64,000 nucleotides of DNA from a virus. Position 1 is the first letter of the stretch. Every line of letters begins with the position of its first letter. The stretch is from the IMG/VR virus record IMGVR_UViG_3300017784_007549, positions 32,001-96,000 of that record; one strand, 5' to 3'. The notes under the pieces were generated by a model. The model ran no database searches, was not told the DNA's origin, and saw only the letters and a list, made by a program, of their open reading frames with translations. Below, one piece after another: positions 39,528-49,557 of this stretch. Both the position numbers and the translations under genes were made by a program.

Positions 39528-40474
39528 TCTAAAAAGCTATCTTTCTTTGAGTTCTCTTGTTTATTATTGAATTTTGGGCATCCTTCATATTTTCTTGTTT
39601 CTATTTTAAATCCATCAATATTTTTGAAATCATTGTTTAGACTGGTTTCTATTACTTCTCCGCTTTGATTTATTTTAACATAATAATCATAAGGAGCTTT
39701 ATACGGGCAAACCCAAGATCCTATACCGCACATCCATTTATTCTTTTGACTATCTACTGCGAAATTTGCTTTCGCGCTATTTTCATCAAAATTATTTATA
39801 TATTCATTAATATGCTCTAGATAATATTCAAAACCTTTTATCTGTTCGTCATTAAATGAAAGTTCTTGAGTGGGCTTTTTAGGAAATCTAAGAAAAAGAA
39901 ATTTAATTATAGGCTTTAATTTGGGCCAAAGTTTTTTACTAGCTAGACTATACATCATCGCTTGGATATTAGCTTCTAGCTCATCTCCTCTGAATTTATA
40001 TTTAGAGCTCTTGTAGTCGATTATATGCATTTCTTTTTTGATTTTAATGGGTTTATCCATGAACCCACGAATATGATATTTAGGATCATCATTTTGAATA
40101 TTAAAGGCATATTCTGGTTTTACTATCTTCCCATTTCCTCCAAAAAAGTCTTCTTTAAGGCCGACTAGTATCATTTGATCTAATAATTCGTAATGAGATT
40201 CAGCAAGACCGACTTTTGATGATAATTTTTTAACTAATTTAGATATACCTTTACTACTATTGATTGAGCTATTTTTAATGATAATATCATAATGTCTTTT
40301 ATGTCTTTCTTTTAATAGTAATTCAAAAACTGTATGACAAATCGTTCCTCTCAAAGCTCCTTCATTCTGAGTTTGAGGAATTTTATCATGATAATTATTC
40401 CAATAAACCCAAGAGCAGGTTTCAAGAGTCTTAATCCTAGAGGCTGATAGAACTTTTAAAGAGCTTTTTTCCAT
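39524..40474 (-). CDS. PD-(D/E)XK exonuclease, Cas4/AddB/RecB-like
   Basis: LSASRIKTLETC, GTICH, GFMD...IIDYKS, QAMMY; C-terminal Cys residues. Confidence 0.85.
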   Translation of the reverse strand: MEKSSLKVLSASRIKTLETCSWVYWNNYHDKIPQTQNEGALRGTICHTVFELLLKERHKRHYDIIIKNSSINSSKGISKLVKKLSSKVGLAESHYELLDQMILVGLKEDFFGGNGKIVKPEYAFNIQNDDPKYHIRGFMDKPIKIKKEMHIIDYKSSKYKFRGDELEANIQAMMYSLASKKLWPKLKPIIKFLFLRFPKKPTQELSFNDEQIKGFEYYLEHINEYINNFDENSAKANFAVDSQKNKWMCGIGSWVCPYKAPYDYYVKINQSGEVIETSLNNDFKNIDGFKIETRKYEGCPKFNNKQENSKKDSFLD

Positions 40475-41361
40475 TGAAGTATTTCCTCGTTTGTCATCTC
40501 TCCGAAATCTTTTTTGATAGGTAAGGCAATTTTAAGTTGTCGTTGATCAAAATATCTTTTAAGTCTAGAATGGATTTTATCTGCGCCAATGTTTCCTGCC
40601 ATATTTTTATTTGAATCATTATTTAAGCTGATGTATATTTTTTTAATATCTAACTTGAGCATTTGATTTAATATGGGTAGACTAAGACTAGTACCAAAAG
40701 TAACTAAAACATTTTTAATACCACTTTGCCATAAATTCAACATATCTCCTACGCTCTCTACCAGAATAATTTCTCTTTGTTCTTGCAGTATAGAATGATT
40801 TAAAAATAATGGATATAAAAAGTCACTCTTTTCTCCAAGGTGTTTCCATTTTATCTTAGATATATTTGTAACATCTCTACCAGAGAATCCTATGATATTA
40901 TTTTTTAAATTGAAAATAGGAAAAACATATCTATTCTTCATTTTACCAGCGTGGGCTACACCACCTTTAAATTGAGATATAGTCTCTTGGGTTATATTTC
41001 TATTGATCCAGTAATCGTGCCGATTCTCTAACCTATCTAAAATGTTTATATCAAAACTTTTTGCAGATTTAATTAAAGGTTTTTCTACATCTGAAGCAAT
41101 TTGAGATATGAAATTTTTATTTTTAAGCCATTGTTTGGCTTCATCAACGTCATCTAATTTTAAAGTTAATTTAACTAATGAATTTAAATCGCCACTTATG
41201 TTTTGTTTAAAGTCAAACCAGTTACCACTATTTTTTTCTATTTTTAATACTGTATCGTTATCACTATCTCTATATAAAGGTCTTGCACGATATTCTTTAC
41301 CATGGTCTTTCAATTTATATCCTAAATCCGTAAGGACTTGAAAGACGTTTAATTCTTCCAT
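40456..41361 (-). CDS. dnaG: DnaG-like primase (TOPRIM)
   Basis: RYVFPI...IIGFSGR, LVESVGDML, NNDS...AG. Confidence 0.8.
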   Translation of the reverse strand: MEELNVFQVLTDLGYKLKDHGKEYRARPLYRDSDNDTVLKIEKNSGNWFDFKQNISGDLNSLVKLTLKLDDVDEAKQWLKNKNFISQIASDVEKPLIKSAKSFDINILDRLENRHDYWINRNITQETISQFKGGVAHAGKMKNRYVFPIFNLKNNIIGFSGRDVTNISKIKWKHLGEKSDFLYPLFLNHSILQEQREIILVESVGDMLNLWQSGIKNVLVTFGTSLSLPILNQMLKLDIKKIYISLNNDSNKNMAGNIGADKIHSRLKRYFDQRQLKIALPIKKDFGEMTNEEILQWKKAL

Positions 41362-42005
41362 TCTAATGCCTCTGCGATTACTGGAAAGTTATTTATGAAT
41401 GTTTTTTTACATTCATCAGCAATCAATCTGTGTTCTTTTTGAGTATTTTCTTGAGTTCTTAACTCAATGTAGTGAATCCAACTTCTTAAAGACCCTTTCA
41501 TATACATTGTAGTTTGCGTTGTCAAAGGCAAAACCATTCTCGCAACTTCTTTAGCTATGCCATTATCAACCATTGTTCGATAACAATAGTCGGATAAAGA
41601 AAGAGTTTCTGCCAATAGTCTATTTAAATTATTAAGCTCTGGATGATTTTTAGGCAAAAGATCTTCTCCAACTTGCCGATTCTTACTACCTTGAAGTCTT
41701 AATTCTACGTCTTCGTAATCGGTGGCTTCGCTATATCTTTGTGAAAATTCTTGGAAACTAAATGATCTATGTCTTAAAATTTGAGCAGCAATTCCACGGC
41801 TAGTTTTAATTTCAACGCACATATCAACAAGCTCGAATGGACTCCAATGCTTATGTTTAATTAAAAATTTTAATAGTTTTGGAGCGCTTTCAAGATTCAT
41901 TTGATTAGACGGATTGCTAACTCTAGCACAAAATGCAACTAGATCTTCTGCATTTTTAATTCCTTTAATTTCTGGTTTTGTTACTGATACTAAACTCACG
42001 TTCAT
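41349..42005 (-). CDS. thyX: Flavin-dependent thymidylate synthase
   Basis: HWSPFE, QILRHRSFSFQEFSQRY (RHRx7S), EVARMVLP. Confidence 0.97.
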   Translation of the reverse strand: MNVSLVSVTKPEIKGIKNAEDLVAFCARVSNPSNQMNLESAPKLLKFLIKHKHWSPFELVDMCVEIKTSRGIAAQILRHRSFSFQEFSQRYSEATDYEDVELRLQGSKNRQVGEDLLPKNHPELNNLNRLLAETLSLSDYCYRTMVDNGIAKEVARMVLPLTTQTTMYMKGSLRSWIHYIELRTQENTQKEHRLIADECKKTFINNFPVIAEALEWKN

Positions 42006-43486
42006 AGTATTTCTCCATCATTTTGATTAGAGTCATTAAGTTCGTAACGCTCTCTTTGAGAAGCGGATACATCATTCAAAGATCCACGCTCTTCAATATT
42101 AAAATTTTCTACTTGATAGTTTAAATAATTCTGCGCCCATGTTTCTTTACCCGTACAATCTAATCTTCTAACTAGATCTTGGTGACCCGCAGCATCTTTA
42201 CCTTGAAATCTAGTTTTTGTTGGTATTAATTTATGCGTTCCAAATGCTTGTCCATCTAGAGCAAGTTCATCTAAAGTTTTTCTTCTAAAGATCGCTACAA
42301 AGGAAGCAAACCATTGAAGTCTGTCTGATAAAGAGATTACTGAGCTATCGTCAACTACCTCTGTGCCTTTTCTATTAAAGCTTTCTCCAGTTCTATTTAA
42401 TTGCATTGCAGTAATAACTGGACATTGAATTTCTTCTGATATTCTTTTAAGTTTATCAATTTTATCTCCAATAGCTTGATGCTCTGCCCAATTTTGACCA
42501 ACCTTTTCTCCAGTTAATTTTATATAATCGTAAGCTATCATAGCTTGATTTCCTCTGCCAACTTTTGAAAGATACCATCTGCGGATAATAGAACAAATTT
42601 GATCTATGTTTTTGTTACCGACATGATAATGAAAATATTCATACTTCTTTACTTTACTCCAAGCTTCTCTTACCTTCTTTGTCATTTCTTCATTTTTACG
42701 CCAGTTACCAGTTTCAAGATACCAAACTGGTACTCCACTCAAAGATGCAACCATTCTTAATTGAATATCTACGGTTTGCATTTCGGTGTCGAGAATCAAA
42801 GTCTTTGTTTTATTCTTTGGGTTAATGGCAGTCTTAAAACAAATATCATTAAGCCAAGTTGATTTTCCTTGGCCGGGTCTGCTAGCAATAGCATAAATAT
42901 TACCATTTTTTAAACCGCCGTACATTCTATTAAATTCTGAATATGGTGTGATAAGTCCAGTTTCATCTTTAGGAGAATTTCCTCTTTCTTCAATAAGGTC
43001 TTCTACTCCTTCAAAAATATTAATTGGTATGTCGTTTTCAGAATAAGATGATATTTTTTTATTGTATATACCATCTATCTTACCAATGATCTCGTCTAGT
43101 GAATCTTCTGCATTTTTAGTAACATATTCTTTAAGATTGTCTGCTGTTTGACAAAGCTCTCTTCTTACTCTAAATTTAATTAACTCCTTGCACGCTGCCA
43201 TTGTTGCTTGTTCTGTGATCTGAGAAAAAGTTAAATTATCTATATAATCAAAAATATTAATTTCATCTTTAAAAGATATGCCCAAGTTCTTTATCTTTTC
43301 AGCTAATAAGACTTTATCTACGTTTTCCCCTTTATATTTAATATTCTTAAATACTGAATAAATAGTAGAATGAACATCATTAAAGAAGTCATTTTCAGAT
43401 AAAAAAACATCAATATCCGCAAACAGATCTTGATATTTTAATAAACCACTAAGAACATGCCGTTCTACTTGTAAGGAGTAAATCAT
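42002..43486 (-). CDS. dnaB: Replicative helicase
   Basis: Walker A ASRPGQGKST, LDTEM, YDYI, QLNR. Confidence 0.93.
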   Translation of the reverse strand: MIYSLQVERHVLSGLLKYQDLFADIDVFLSENDFFNDVHSTIYSVFKNIKYKGENVDKVLLAEKIKNLGISFKDEINIFDYIDNLTFSQITEQATMAACKELIKFRVRRELCQTADNLKEYVTKNAEDSLDEIIGKIDGIYNKKISSYSENDIPINIFEGVEDLIEERGNSPKDETGLITPYSEFNRMYGGLKNGNIYAIASRPGQGKSTWLNDICFKTAINPKNKTKTLILDTEMQTVDIQLRMVASLSGVPVWYLETGNWRKNEEMTKKVREAWSKVKKYEYFHYHVGNKNIDQICSIIRRWYLSKVGRGNQAMIAYDYIKLTGEKVGQNWAEHQAIGDKIDKLKRISEEIQCPVITAMQLNRTGESFNRKGTEVVDDSSVISLSDRLQWFASFVAIFRRKTLDELALDGQAFGTHKLIPTKTRFQGKDAAGHQDLVRRLDCTGKETWAQNYLNYQVENFNIEERGSLNDVSASQRERYELNDSNQNDGEIL

Positions 43487-43495
43487 TCAATATAC

Positions 43496-43524
43496 ATGAT
43501 ACCAAACTAAAAATTAAAAGTCAA
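43496..43524 (-). promoter_or_regulatory. sigma70-type promoter, near-leaderless
   Basis: TTGACT-17 bp-TATCAT-9 nt-ATG(43486). Confidence 0.8.
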
Positions 43525-43527
43525 GTT

Positions 43528-43800
43528 TTAACTATCCTCATCATCTTCTTCGTCATTTTGCTTTTCGTTATTTCTATTAATTAAATCTGTGGTAGCTTCA
43601 AAATTCAATTGATCAACGCTTTGGCCCCATGTATTTAAATAATATAAAAGGGCCATAGCATTTATTTGATTATCAAATTTTGTATATACTTGTGGTTCAC
43701 CTTTTGCAGAGAAATTAAATAAAATATATCCACCATAACTGCACTCGTCAATCTGTTTTAATAAAGATTCTGGAAAATTGAATTTCTTCTTATTAGTCAC
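43528..43800 (-). CDS. Small hypothetical protein with acidic tail
   Basis: 90 aa, GTG start, preceded by GTGTAA. Confidence 0.65.
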   Translation of the reverse strand: MTNKKKFNFPESLLKQIDECSYGGYILFNFSAKGEPQVYTKFDNQINAMALLYYLNTWGQSVDQLNFEATTDLINRNNEKQNDEEDDEDS

Positions 43801-43809
43801 TATAAACTT

Positions 43810-43815
43810 TTACAC
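43810..43815 (-). promoter_or_regulatory. GTGTAA element on the minus strand
   Basis: Fills the 15-bp gap, 9 nt before GTG 43800. Confidence 0.5.
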
Positions 43816-44235
43816 TTAAATAATAAGCACTCCACACTTTTCTTCTATATATTGTGGTGATAAATTTTTAAGGTCATCTTCATAAACCTCTATAAACTTA
43901 AACCCATTTGTTTCTATCCATTTTTCTTTTTTAACATCCCTTTTGATGCTCTCAAGATATTTTAATCTTGAATTATCATGAAAGAACTTATTAAATGATT
44001 CATGCTGGGCTCCTTGTATCTCCACGGCTATCTTTTTTGTTGCATTTAATAAATCTATCTTAAGCATGCTTCCATAAACAGGGAACTCTTCATAAACTAT
44101 GTGATTTTTCCAATAAGGATAAAAGAATGTTTTAAATTTATATTGGAGCTTACTTCTACTTTTGGCTTCCCAATTAATTAAGTATTTTCTAACATTCTTG
44201 TTAACGAGTTTGCCGTTAACATTTAAAAGCCTCAT
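43816..44235 (-). CDS. Vsr/DUF559-like endonuclease
   Basis: EEFP...IDL...IAVEIQGAQH...RD..K..W. Confidence 0.75.
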   Translation of the reverse strand: MRLLNVNGKLVNKNVRKYLINWEAKSRSKLQYKFKTFFYPYWKNHIVYEEFPVYGSMLKIDLLNATKKIAVEIQGAQHESFNKFFHDNSRLKYLESIKRDVKKEKWIETNGFKFIEVYEDDLKNLSPQYIEEKCGVLII

Positions 44236-45377
44236 AGAGCTAGAGTGTTAATGAATTTATTATAAAAATAATCTACAATTGGTTTATTTTCTTCTAAATA
44301 AGATCTTAGATTATCAATGCCTTGATGTTGTTTCTTTAAATCTAAATTACTATTTTTAAGTTCTTCAATAATCTCATCTGAGAAAGTAACCCATGCACCT
44401 TTCGCAGTTGCAAATTCCCAAGAAAGAATTTGATCAATAATTTCATATTCTTTCCATACCGAAGAACCGTCTTTTCTTCCATATTTAATTGGATATTGAA
44501 CTTTTGAATTGGTAGTTTCATTAGTAGATTTTTTAATAGTAATTTTAACATTATGACCAATAATTTTATTTTTAATTTGATCGTATCTTTCATTCGGTTT
44601 CTCAAGAATAAGATCTTTGCCAAACTTTGGTTCAAATTCAAGTATCCAATTAGCAAAATGTAAAAGCGCATTTCCACCCGTTGCAGTAGTTTGGCGGATA
44701 TCTTTATTGGCAGCATATGGATCAAGTTTAATATCAGAACGAACTTGACTTATGAATATGGCCATATGACCACGTTTAGAAAGAGCTAAAGATATTCTTT
44801 TCATAAGCATCGAAGATATAACGGCTCCTCCTGCTACCTTGGTCGCTTCTGTCATACTTTTCAAGCTATCGCCTTTAGTCATTAATCCGTCTACAGAATC
44901 TAGCATAAACATATATCTTTTATCTTCGTCATTATTTTGAATAAGATCTTTCATAAGCTCAGAAACTGTTTCAAAAATATTGCATTCAAAAACGAAACAT
45001 GTACCATCTTCCCACTCTTCAGCAGAAGTTACAAACTTTATTCCAGATCTCTCTTTGATCTCTTTGCTTAATCTTCCTTCCGCTTTAAATAAGAGCGCTT
45101 TAGAGTCCTTTACCGTTTTAAGAAAATTCTTCATTACTTCTAAAGCTTCTGAAGTTTTCCCACCTTCGTTCATCCCTATAAATCTGTGAAGTCCGGGACA
45201 AAGACCACCACTAGTTGCTATATCTAAATTTAAACTACCAGTAGATACTTTATAGTAAACCTCTTCTTCATAATTATAATGATCGTCTTTATTTTCTTTT
45301 AAAAATGAAGATAATCTACTCTTCGCGCTAGGCCCAGTATCTTGTACTGGTTCTTGTTCTTTAGGTTTTCTTCCCAT
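44232..45377 (-). CDS. recA: RecA/UvsX-like recombinase
   Basis: STGSLNLD, Walker A GMNEGGKT, LDSVDGL, ISQVR, TGGNAL. Confidence 0.88.
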   Translation of the reverse strand: MGRKPKEQEPVQDTGPSAKSRLSSFLKENKDDHYNYEEEVYYKVSTGSLNLDIATSGGLCPGLHRFIGMNEGGKTSEALEVMKNFLKTVKDSKALLFKAEGRLSKEIKERSGIKFVTSAEEWEDGTCFVFECNIFETVSELMKDLIQNNDEDKRYMFMLDSVDGLMTKGDSLKSMTEATKVAGGAVISSMLMKRISLALSKRGHMAIFISQVRSDIKLDPYAANKDIRQTTATGGNALLHFANWILEFEPKFGKDLILEKPNERYDQIKNKIIGHNVKITIKKSTNETTNSKVQYPIKYGRKDGSSVWKEYEIIDQILSWEFATAKGAWVTFSDEIIEELKNSNLDLKKQHQGIDNLRSYLEENKPIVDYFYNKFINTLAL

Positions 45378-45702
45378 AGTTTATAAATTCTAACAGGCTT
45401 TTAGGTTTTTTGCAAACTTTTTTATCTTCCCCAATTTTTATTTCTTCTATTTCGAATTTAATTGGTTCATTTAATTCTAGGCTATCTTTCATTTTTTCCA
45501 TAACTATAAATTTCTTACCATCTTCTGTCAAAAAGAATGCTAAACTAGGTAAATTAGCGGGCTTGAGTCCATTCCAAAATGAATAACCTTTATAGGTTTT
45601 GATTAATTTTTGAGCAATTTTAATTTCTCTTGGCCAATCTATTTTTTGATTAATGTATTTTTTAATTATAAATTGACAGAGTTTATGGTTATTCGATTTC
45701 AA
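45361..45702 (-). CDS. Hypothetical protein (start revised to TTG 45702)
   Basis: A perfect sigma70 promoter lies inside the longer ORF call, with its -10 element 6 nt before this in-frame TTG. Confidence 0.6.
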   Translation of the reverse strand: MKSNNHKLCQFIIKKYINQKIDWPREIKIAQKLIKTYKGYSFWNGLKPANLPSLAFFLTEDGKKFIVMEKMKDSLELNEPIKFEIEEIKIGEDKKVCKKPKSLLEFINYGKKT

Positions 45703-45708
45703 TAAATT

Positions 45709-45737
45709 ATTATAAAATAATTTTATATAAATGTCAA
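45709..45737 (-). promoter_or_regulatory. Consensus sigma70 promoter, leaderless
   Basis: TTGACA-17 bp-TATAAT-6 nt-TTG. Confidence 0.88.
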
Positions 45738-46711
45738 TGTATTTGTTTTTGTATCCATTCAAAAGTTTTTTTAATTCCCTTAATTAATGGATAACATGGT
45801 TCCCAATTTAATTTTTCTTTAATTAATTTATTATCAGATTTTCTTCCTCTAACACCTAACGGACCATGAATATTTTTTATATCCAACGCCTTGCCACTTA
45901 ATTCAATAATCATCTTGGCAAAATCATTAATCGAAATCATTTCTTCAGATCCTATGTTAACTGGTCCCTCGAAATTAGATCTCATTAATTTTAATGTACC
46001 TTCTACGCATTCATCTATATATAAAAATGATCTAGTTTGTTTTCCATCTCCCCAAATTTCTATCTCTTCTTTATTTTTGGCTTCTATAACTTTTCTACAA
46101 AGTGCTGCTGGAGATTTTTCTTTTCCTCCTTTATATGTTCCTTCTGGTCCAAAAACATTGTGATATCTAGCTACATGAACATCTAGGTTATAATTTCTTT
46201 TATATGCAAAATATAATCTTTCACTAAAAAGTTTTTCCCAACCATATTCACTATCTGGTGCTGCTGGATAGGCAGATTCTTCTGAGCATTTTGGGTTATT
46301 TGGATCTAATTGATTATATTCTGGATAAATACAAGCAGAAGAAATATAAAAAATTCTTTTTACTTTTTTCTTGACTGCTTCATTTAATATATTTAAATTT
46401 ATCAGCGCAGAGTTATGCATAACATTCGCATCATTTTCTCCTGTAAAAATATATCCTGCTCCTCCCATATCAGCGGCCAATTGATATAATTCATCAATGT
46501 CTTCTAATATAACAGATTTTACAAAATTGGGGCAAGTCAAATCTCCAATGGTAAATTCATCAGCTGTGCTTTTTGAAAATTGGGGATATTTTAAATCAAC
46601 GCCTTTAACCCAAAAATTTTCTTTTTTTAATCTATTTACTATATGTGAACCTATAAAACCTCCAGCCCCACAAACTATTGCTCGTTTTTTACTTTGCATT
46701 TTTAATATCAT
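45734..46711 (-). CDS. GDP-mannose 3,5-epimerase-like SDR (start may be 46699)
   Basis: GAGGFIG, LAADMGGAGYI, SSACIYP, YGWEK, EKSPAALCRK. Confidence 0.88.
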   Translation of the reverse strand: MILKMQSKKRAIVCGAGGFIGSHIVNRLKKENFWVKGVDLKYPQFSKSTADEFTIGDLTCPNFVKSVILEDIDELYQLAADMGGAGYIFTGENDANVMHNSALINLNILNEAVKKKVKRIFYISSACIYPEYNQLDPNNPKCSEESAYPAAPDSEYGWEKLFSERLYFAYKRNYNLDVHVARYHNVFGPEGTYKGGKEKSPAALCRKVIEAKNKEEIEIWGDGKQTRSFLYIDECVEGTLKLMRSNFEGPVNIGSEEMISINDFAKMIIELSGKALDIKNIHGPLGVRGRKSDNKLIKEKLNWEPCYPLIKGIKKTFEWIQKQIH

Positions 46712-47831
46712 TCTCCATCATTTTTTTAATTAAATTTTCAAATGTATTTTTTGGTTTCCATCCAAGCTCTTCTCTAGCTCTTGTTGAGTCACCTAAAAGC
46801 AATTCAACTTCTGCTGGTCTATAAAATTTTGGATTAATTTGAACTAATGTATCATTTTTTTCAGATACATATATTGAATGTTCGTTTTCCCCAAACCATT
46901 TTGCTTTAATTCCTACAATATTAAATGCTTTTTCTACAAACTCTTTGATTGTATGCGTTTCATTTGAAGAGAATACATACTCTTGAGGTGTACCATTATA
47001 ATTTTTACTATAAAAATCTTGATTTAACATCATCCATATTCCTTCAACAAAATCTTCTGCATCGCTCCAATCCCTCTTCGCTTCTACATTTCCTAATTCT
47101 AATGGTATAAATTTTTCATTATTCTGAATTGATTTATAAATTCTTGCTACATTCTTAGTGATTTTTCTGGTTACGAATTCTTCTCCTCTTCTTACTCCTT
47201 CATGATTAAATAACCATCCTTGGATTGCATATAAATTATAAGAATCTCTATAAACTTTAATAAGTTGTCTTGAGGCAGCTTTACTTGCCCCATATGGGCT
47301 TCTTGGTCTTAATGGATGCTTTTCGTCTTGAGGAGTATAAACTACATTACCAAATTCCTCACTTGAGCCAGCTTGATATAAACGACAAGAAGGTTTATAA
47401 AGTCTAATGGCCTCTAAAATATCCAAAACAGAAGTAGAATTTGTAGCCCAAGTTTGTCTTGCGAAATCCCAACTACTCGCTACAAAACTTTGTGCAGCGA
47501 AATTAATAAAATAATCTGGTTGTATTTTCTCTACGGTTCTAGCTATTGCATGAGAGTCAGTTAAATCAAAATTAATTAAATAAAATCTATCAGATTTAAC
47601 ATGTTTAATATTTTCGTGATTATAAACGCTTAATCTTCTAACTCCACCAAAAATAAGATAATCTGTATTCTTGAGTAAAAAGTCAACCATATGGCTACCA
47701 TCTTGACCAGTAACACCAGTAATCACTACAGTTTTTCTTGCATTAATTAATTTACTTGCATCCTCAATATTTAAAATATTTGCTGTATCTATTTTTTTGC
47801 CATAATAAGTTTCTTGAAAATTTTTGCTCAT
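46689..47831 (-). CDS. gmd: GDP-mannose 4,6-dehydratase
   Basis: ITGVTGQDGS, AAQSFV, SSEEFG, PRSPYGASK, LFNHE, EFVTRKIT. Confidence 0.95.
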   Translation of the reverse strand: MSKNFQETYYGKKIDTANILNIEDASKLINARKTVVITGVTGQDGSHMVDFLLKNTDYLIFGGVRRLSVYNHENIKHVKSDRFYLINFDLTDSHAIARTVEKIQPDYFINFAAQSFVASSWDFARQTWATNSTSVLDILEAIRLYKPSCRLYQAGSSEEFGNVVYTPQDEKHPLRPRSPYGASKAASRQLIKVYRDSYNLYAIQGWLFNHEGVRRGEEFVTRKITKNVARIYKSIQNNEKFIPLELGNVEAKRDWSDAEDFVEGIWMMLNQDFYSKNYNGTPQEYVFSSNETHTIKEFVEKAFNIVGIKAKWFGENEHSIYVSEKNDTLVQINPKFYRPAEVELLLGDSTRAREELGWKPKNTFENLIKKMMENDIKNAK

Positions 47832-47838
47832 AATATGT

Positions 47839-47865
47839 ATTATACTTTATTTTTATAAAATTCAA
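47839..47865 (-). promoter_or_regulatory. Possible leaderless promoter for gmd
   Basis: TATAAT 7 nt before ATG 47831; TTGAAT at a short 15-bp spacing. Confidence 0.5.
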
Positions 47866-48814
47866 CAGTTTGTTTTAATCCTTGGTTAAAAGAAGTTTTA
47901 GGGTACCAATTTAATTCTTTGTTTATTTTAGTGTTATCTATGGCATATCTGAAGTCGTGTCCTTTACGATCTTCTACAAAAGATATATAATCTTGAGGAT
48001 TAACATTTAATACTATACAGATATCATTAATGATATTTAGATTTGTTTTTTCGCAATTTCCACCAATATTATAAGTTTCTCCAATCTTGCCACTGTTCAA
48101 TACAAGCCATACCGCTTCGCAATGATCCTCAACAAAAATCCAATCTCTTATATTCTTTCCATTACCATAAACAGGTATTTTTTTATTCTTCAATATAGAG
48201 TTGATTACAACTGGTATAAATTTTTCATCATGTTGATTTGGGCCATAATTATTTGAGCAATTTGAAATTGTAACTAAAGTTTTAAAAGTATTATAATAAG
48301 CTCTTACCAACATATCACTAGAAGCTTTTGAAGCAGAATAGGGTGAATTTGGTGCGTAAGCAGTAGCTTCTGTGAACTTACCCTCCTCGCCCAAACTACC
48401 ATAAACTTCATCTGTAGATATGTGATGAAATCTAATTTCTGGAAAATCTCTAATAATTTCTAAAATATTAAACGTACCTAATATATTAGATTCAATAAAT
48501 CGTCTTGGGTCAGATATTGAATTATCAACATGAGACTCTGCTGCAAAGTGAACTATATGAGTTATATTATTTTCTTTTATTATTTTTTTAAATTTTTCTT
48601 TTTCTTGAGGAAAATTTAATGCTTCTAACCAAGAATCATAAAATTTATATTTTAAATGGTTTTCAAAAACTTGAACATTGTTTTTATTGGCTGCAGAATG
48701 TTGTTTGCTAAATGTATCTACATTGACTATAGTATTTATTTCTTTTTTATTAATTATATATTTAATAAAATTAGAACCAATAAAACCTAATCCACCTGTA
48801 ACTAAAATATTCAT
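47840..48814 (-). CDS. rfbB: dTDP-glucose 4,6-dehydratase (start revised to ATG 48814)
   Basis: MNILVTGGLGFIGS, FAAESHVD, STDEVYG, YSASK, NNYGP; ATGA overlap. Confidence 0.95.
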   Translation of the reverse strand: MNILVTGGLGFIGSNFIKYIINKKEINTIVNVDTFSKQHSAANKNNVQVFENHLKYKFYDSWLEALNFPQEKEKFKKIIKENNITHIVHFAAESHVDNSISDPRRFIESNILGTFNILEIIRDFPEIRFHHISTDEVYGSLGEEGKFTEATAYAPNSPYSASKASSDMLVRAYYNTFKTLVTISNCSNNYGPNQHDEKFIPVVINSILKNKKIPVYGNGKNIRDWIFVEDHCEAVWLVLNSGKIGETYNIGGNCEKTNLNIINDICIVLNVNPQDYISFVEDRKGHDFRYAIDNTKINKELNWYPKTSFNQGLKQTVEFYKNKV

Positions 48815-49557
48815 GGTAATAAAATTGTTTGTTTGTTTACTTCTTGCCAATCCGCAAATGGAGACATAAAATGAGTATTCAAATGAGTAGAATAACCGGG
48901 CATAAAACTTAAAACAATTCTATTGTATGGTTCTTGAGTTAAAATTCCAAACCTTGTGTTATCTGCTTTTCCAGAAGTATGAATCTCATAATCTTTATCA
49001 AAAAGTTGTTTGCTCAAAATAAAAGAACCACAAGTGTTAGGAACAGTTCTTAAGTATCTATATGGAGTATAGTAAATTTGAGATTTTAAATCATGATACA
49101 TTCCCCATTCTGTATTCTTTCTTTCTGGATTATTTCTTGTATATTTATCTGGATGATCATATAAAGATATATAAGAATTATTAATATTATAATTTGGGTT
49201 TGTTTGATATAGAAATTCAACTGCTTCAATCCAAGGCAAGTGAAGGTAATCTTGTTCTAGGACATAAATTATTTCATTATCCTTGATAGGTTGATTTTTA
49301 ATATATTCAAACGTCATTGTATTTGACTTGAAATCTGTACCACCGTTAATTTGATGAATATTAAATTGATATTTATTTTGATATTTTAATATGAAACTAT
49401 TTTCAATAGGACCATCAAAAATTACAGTTAATTTAGTTTTTTCAGGTTTTAATGTATCTAAGAAATTTTTAAAACATTTCTCTAAAGAGAAATAGTGAGG
49501 TCTAAATTTATTTTCAGATTCTGGGTAACTTGTGGCGCGATAAAAGATATTTATCAT
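48811..49557 (-). CDS. Putative GT-A glycosyltransferase
   Basis: IYVLEQDYLH (DXD-like), SLYDHPDKY. Confidence 0.55.
   Translation of the reverse strand: MINIFYRATSYPESENKFRPHYFSLEKCFKNFLDTLKPEKTKLTVIFDGPIENSFILKYQNKYQFNIHQINGGTDFKSNTMTFEYIKNQPIKDNEIIYVLEQDYLHLPWIEAVEFLYQTNPNYNINNSYISLYDHPDKYTRNNPERKNTEWGMYHDLKSQIYYTPYRYLRTVPNTCGSFILSKQLFDKDYEIHTSGKADNTRFGILTQEPYNRIVLSFMPGYSTHLNTHFMSPFADWQEVNKQTILLP

Noticed and set aside
39524-40474. CRISPR-Cas locus
   Set aside because: No cas1/cas2 or array; the gene sits in a replication operon
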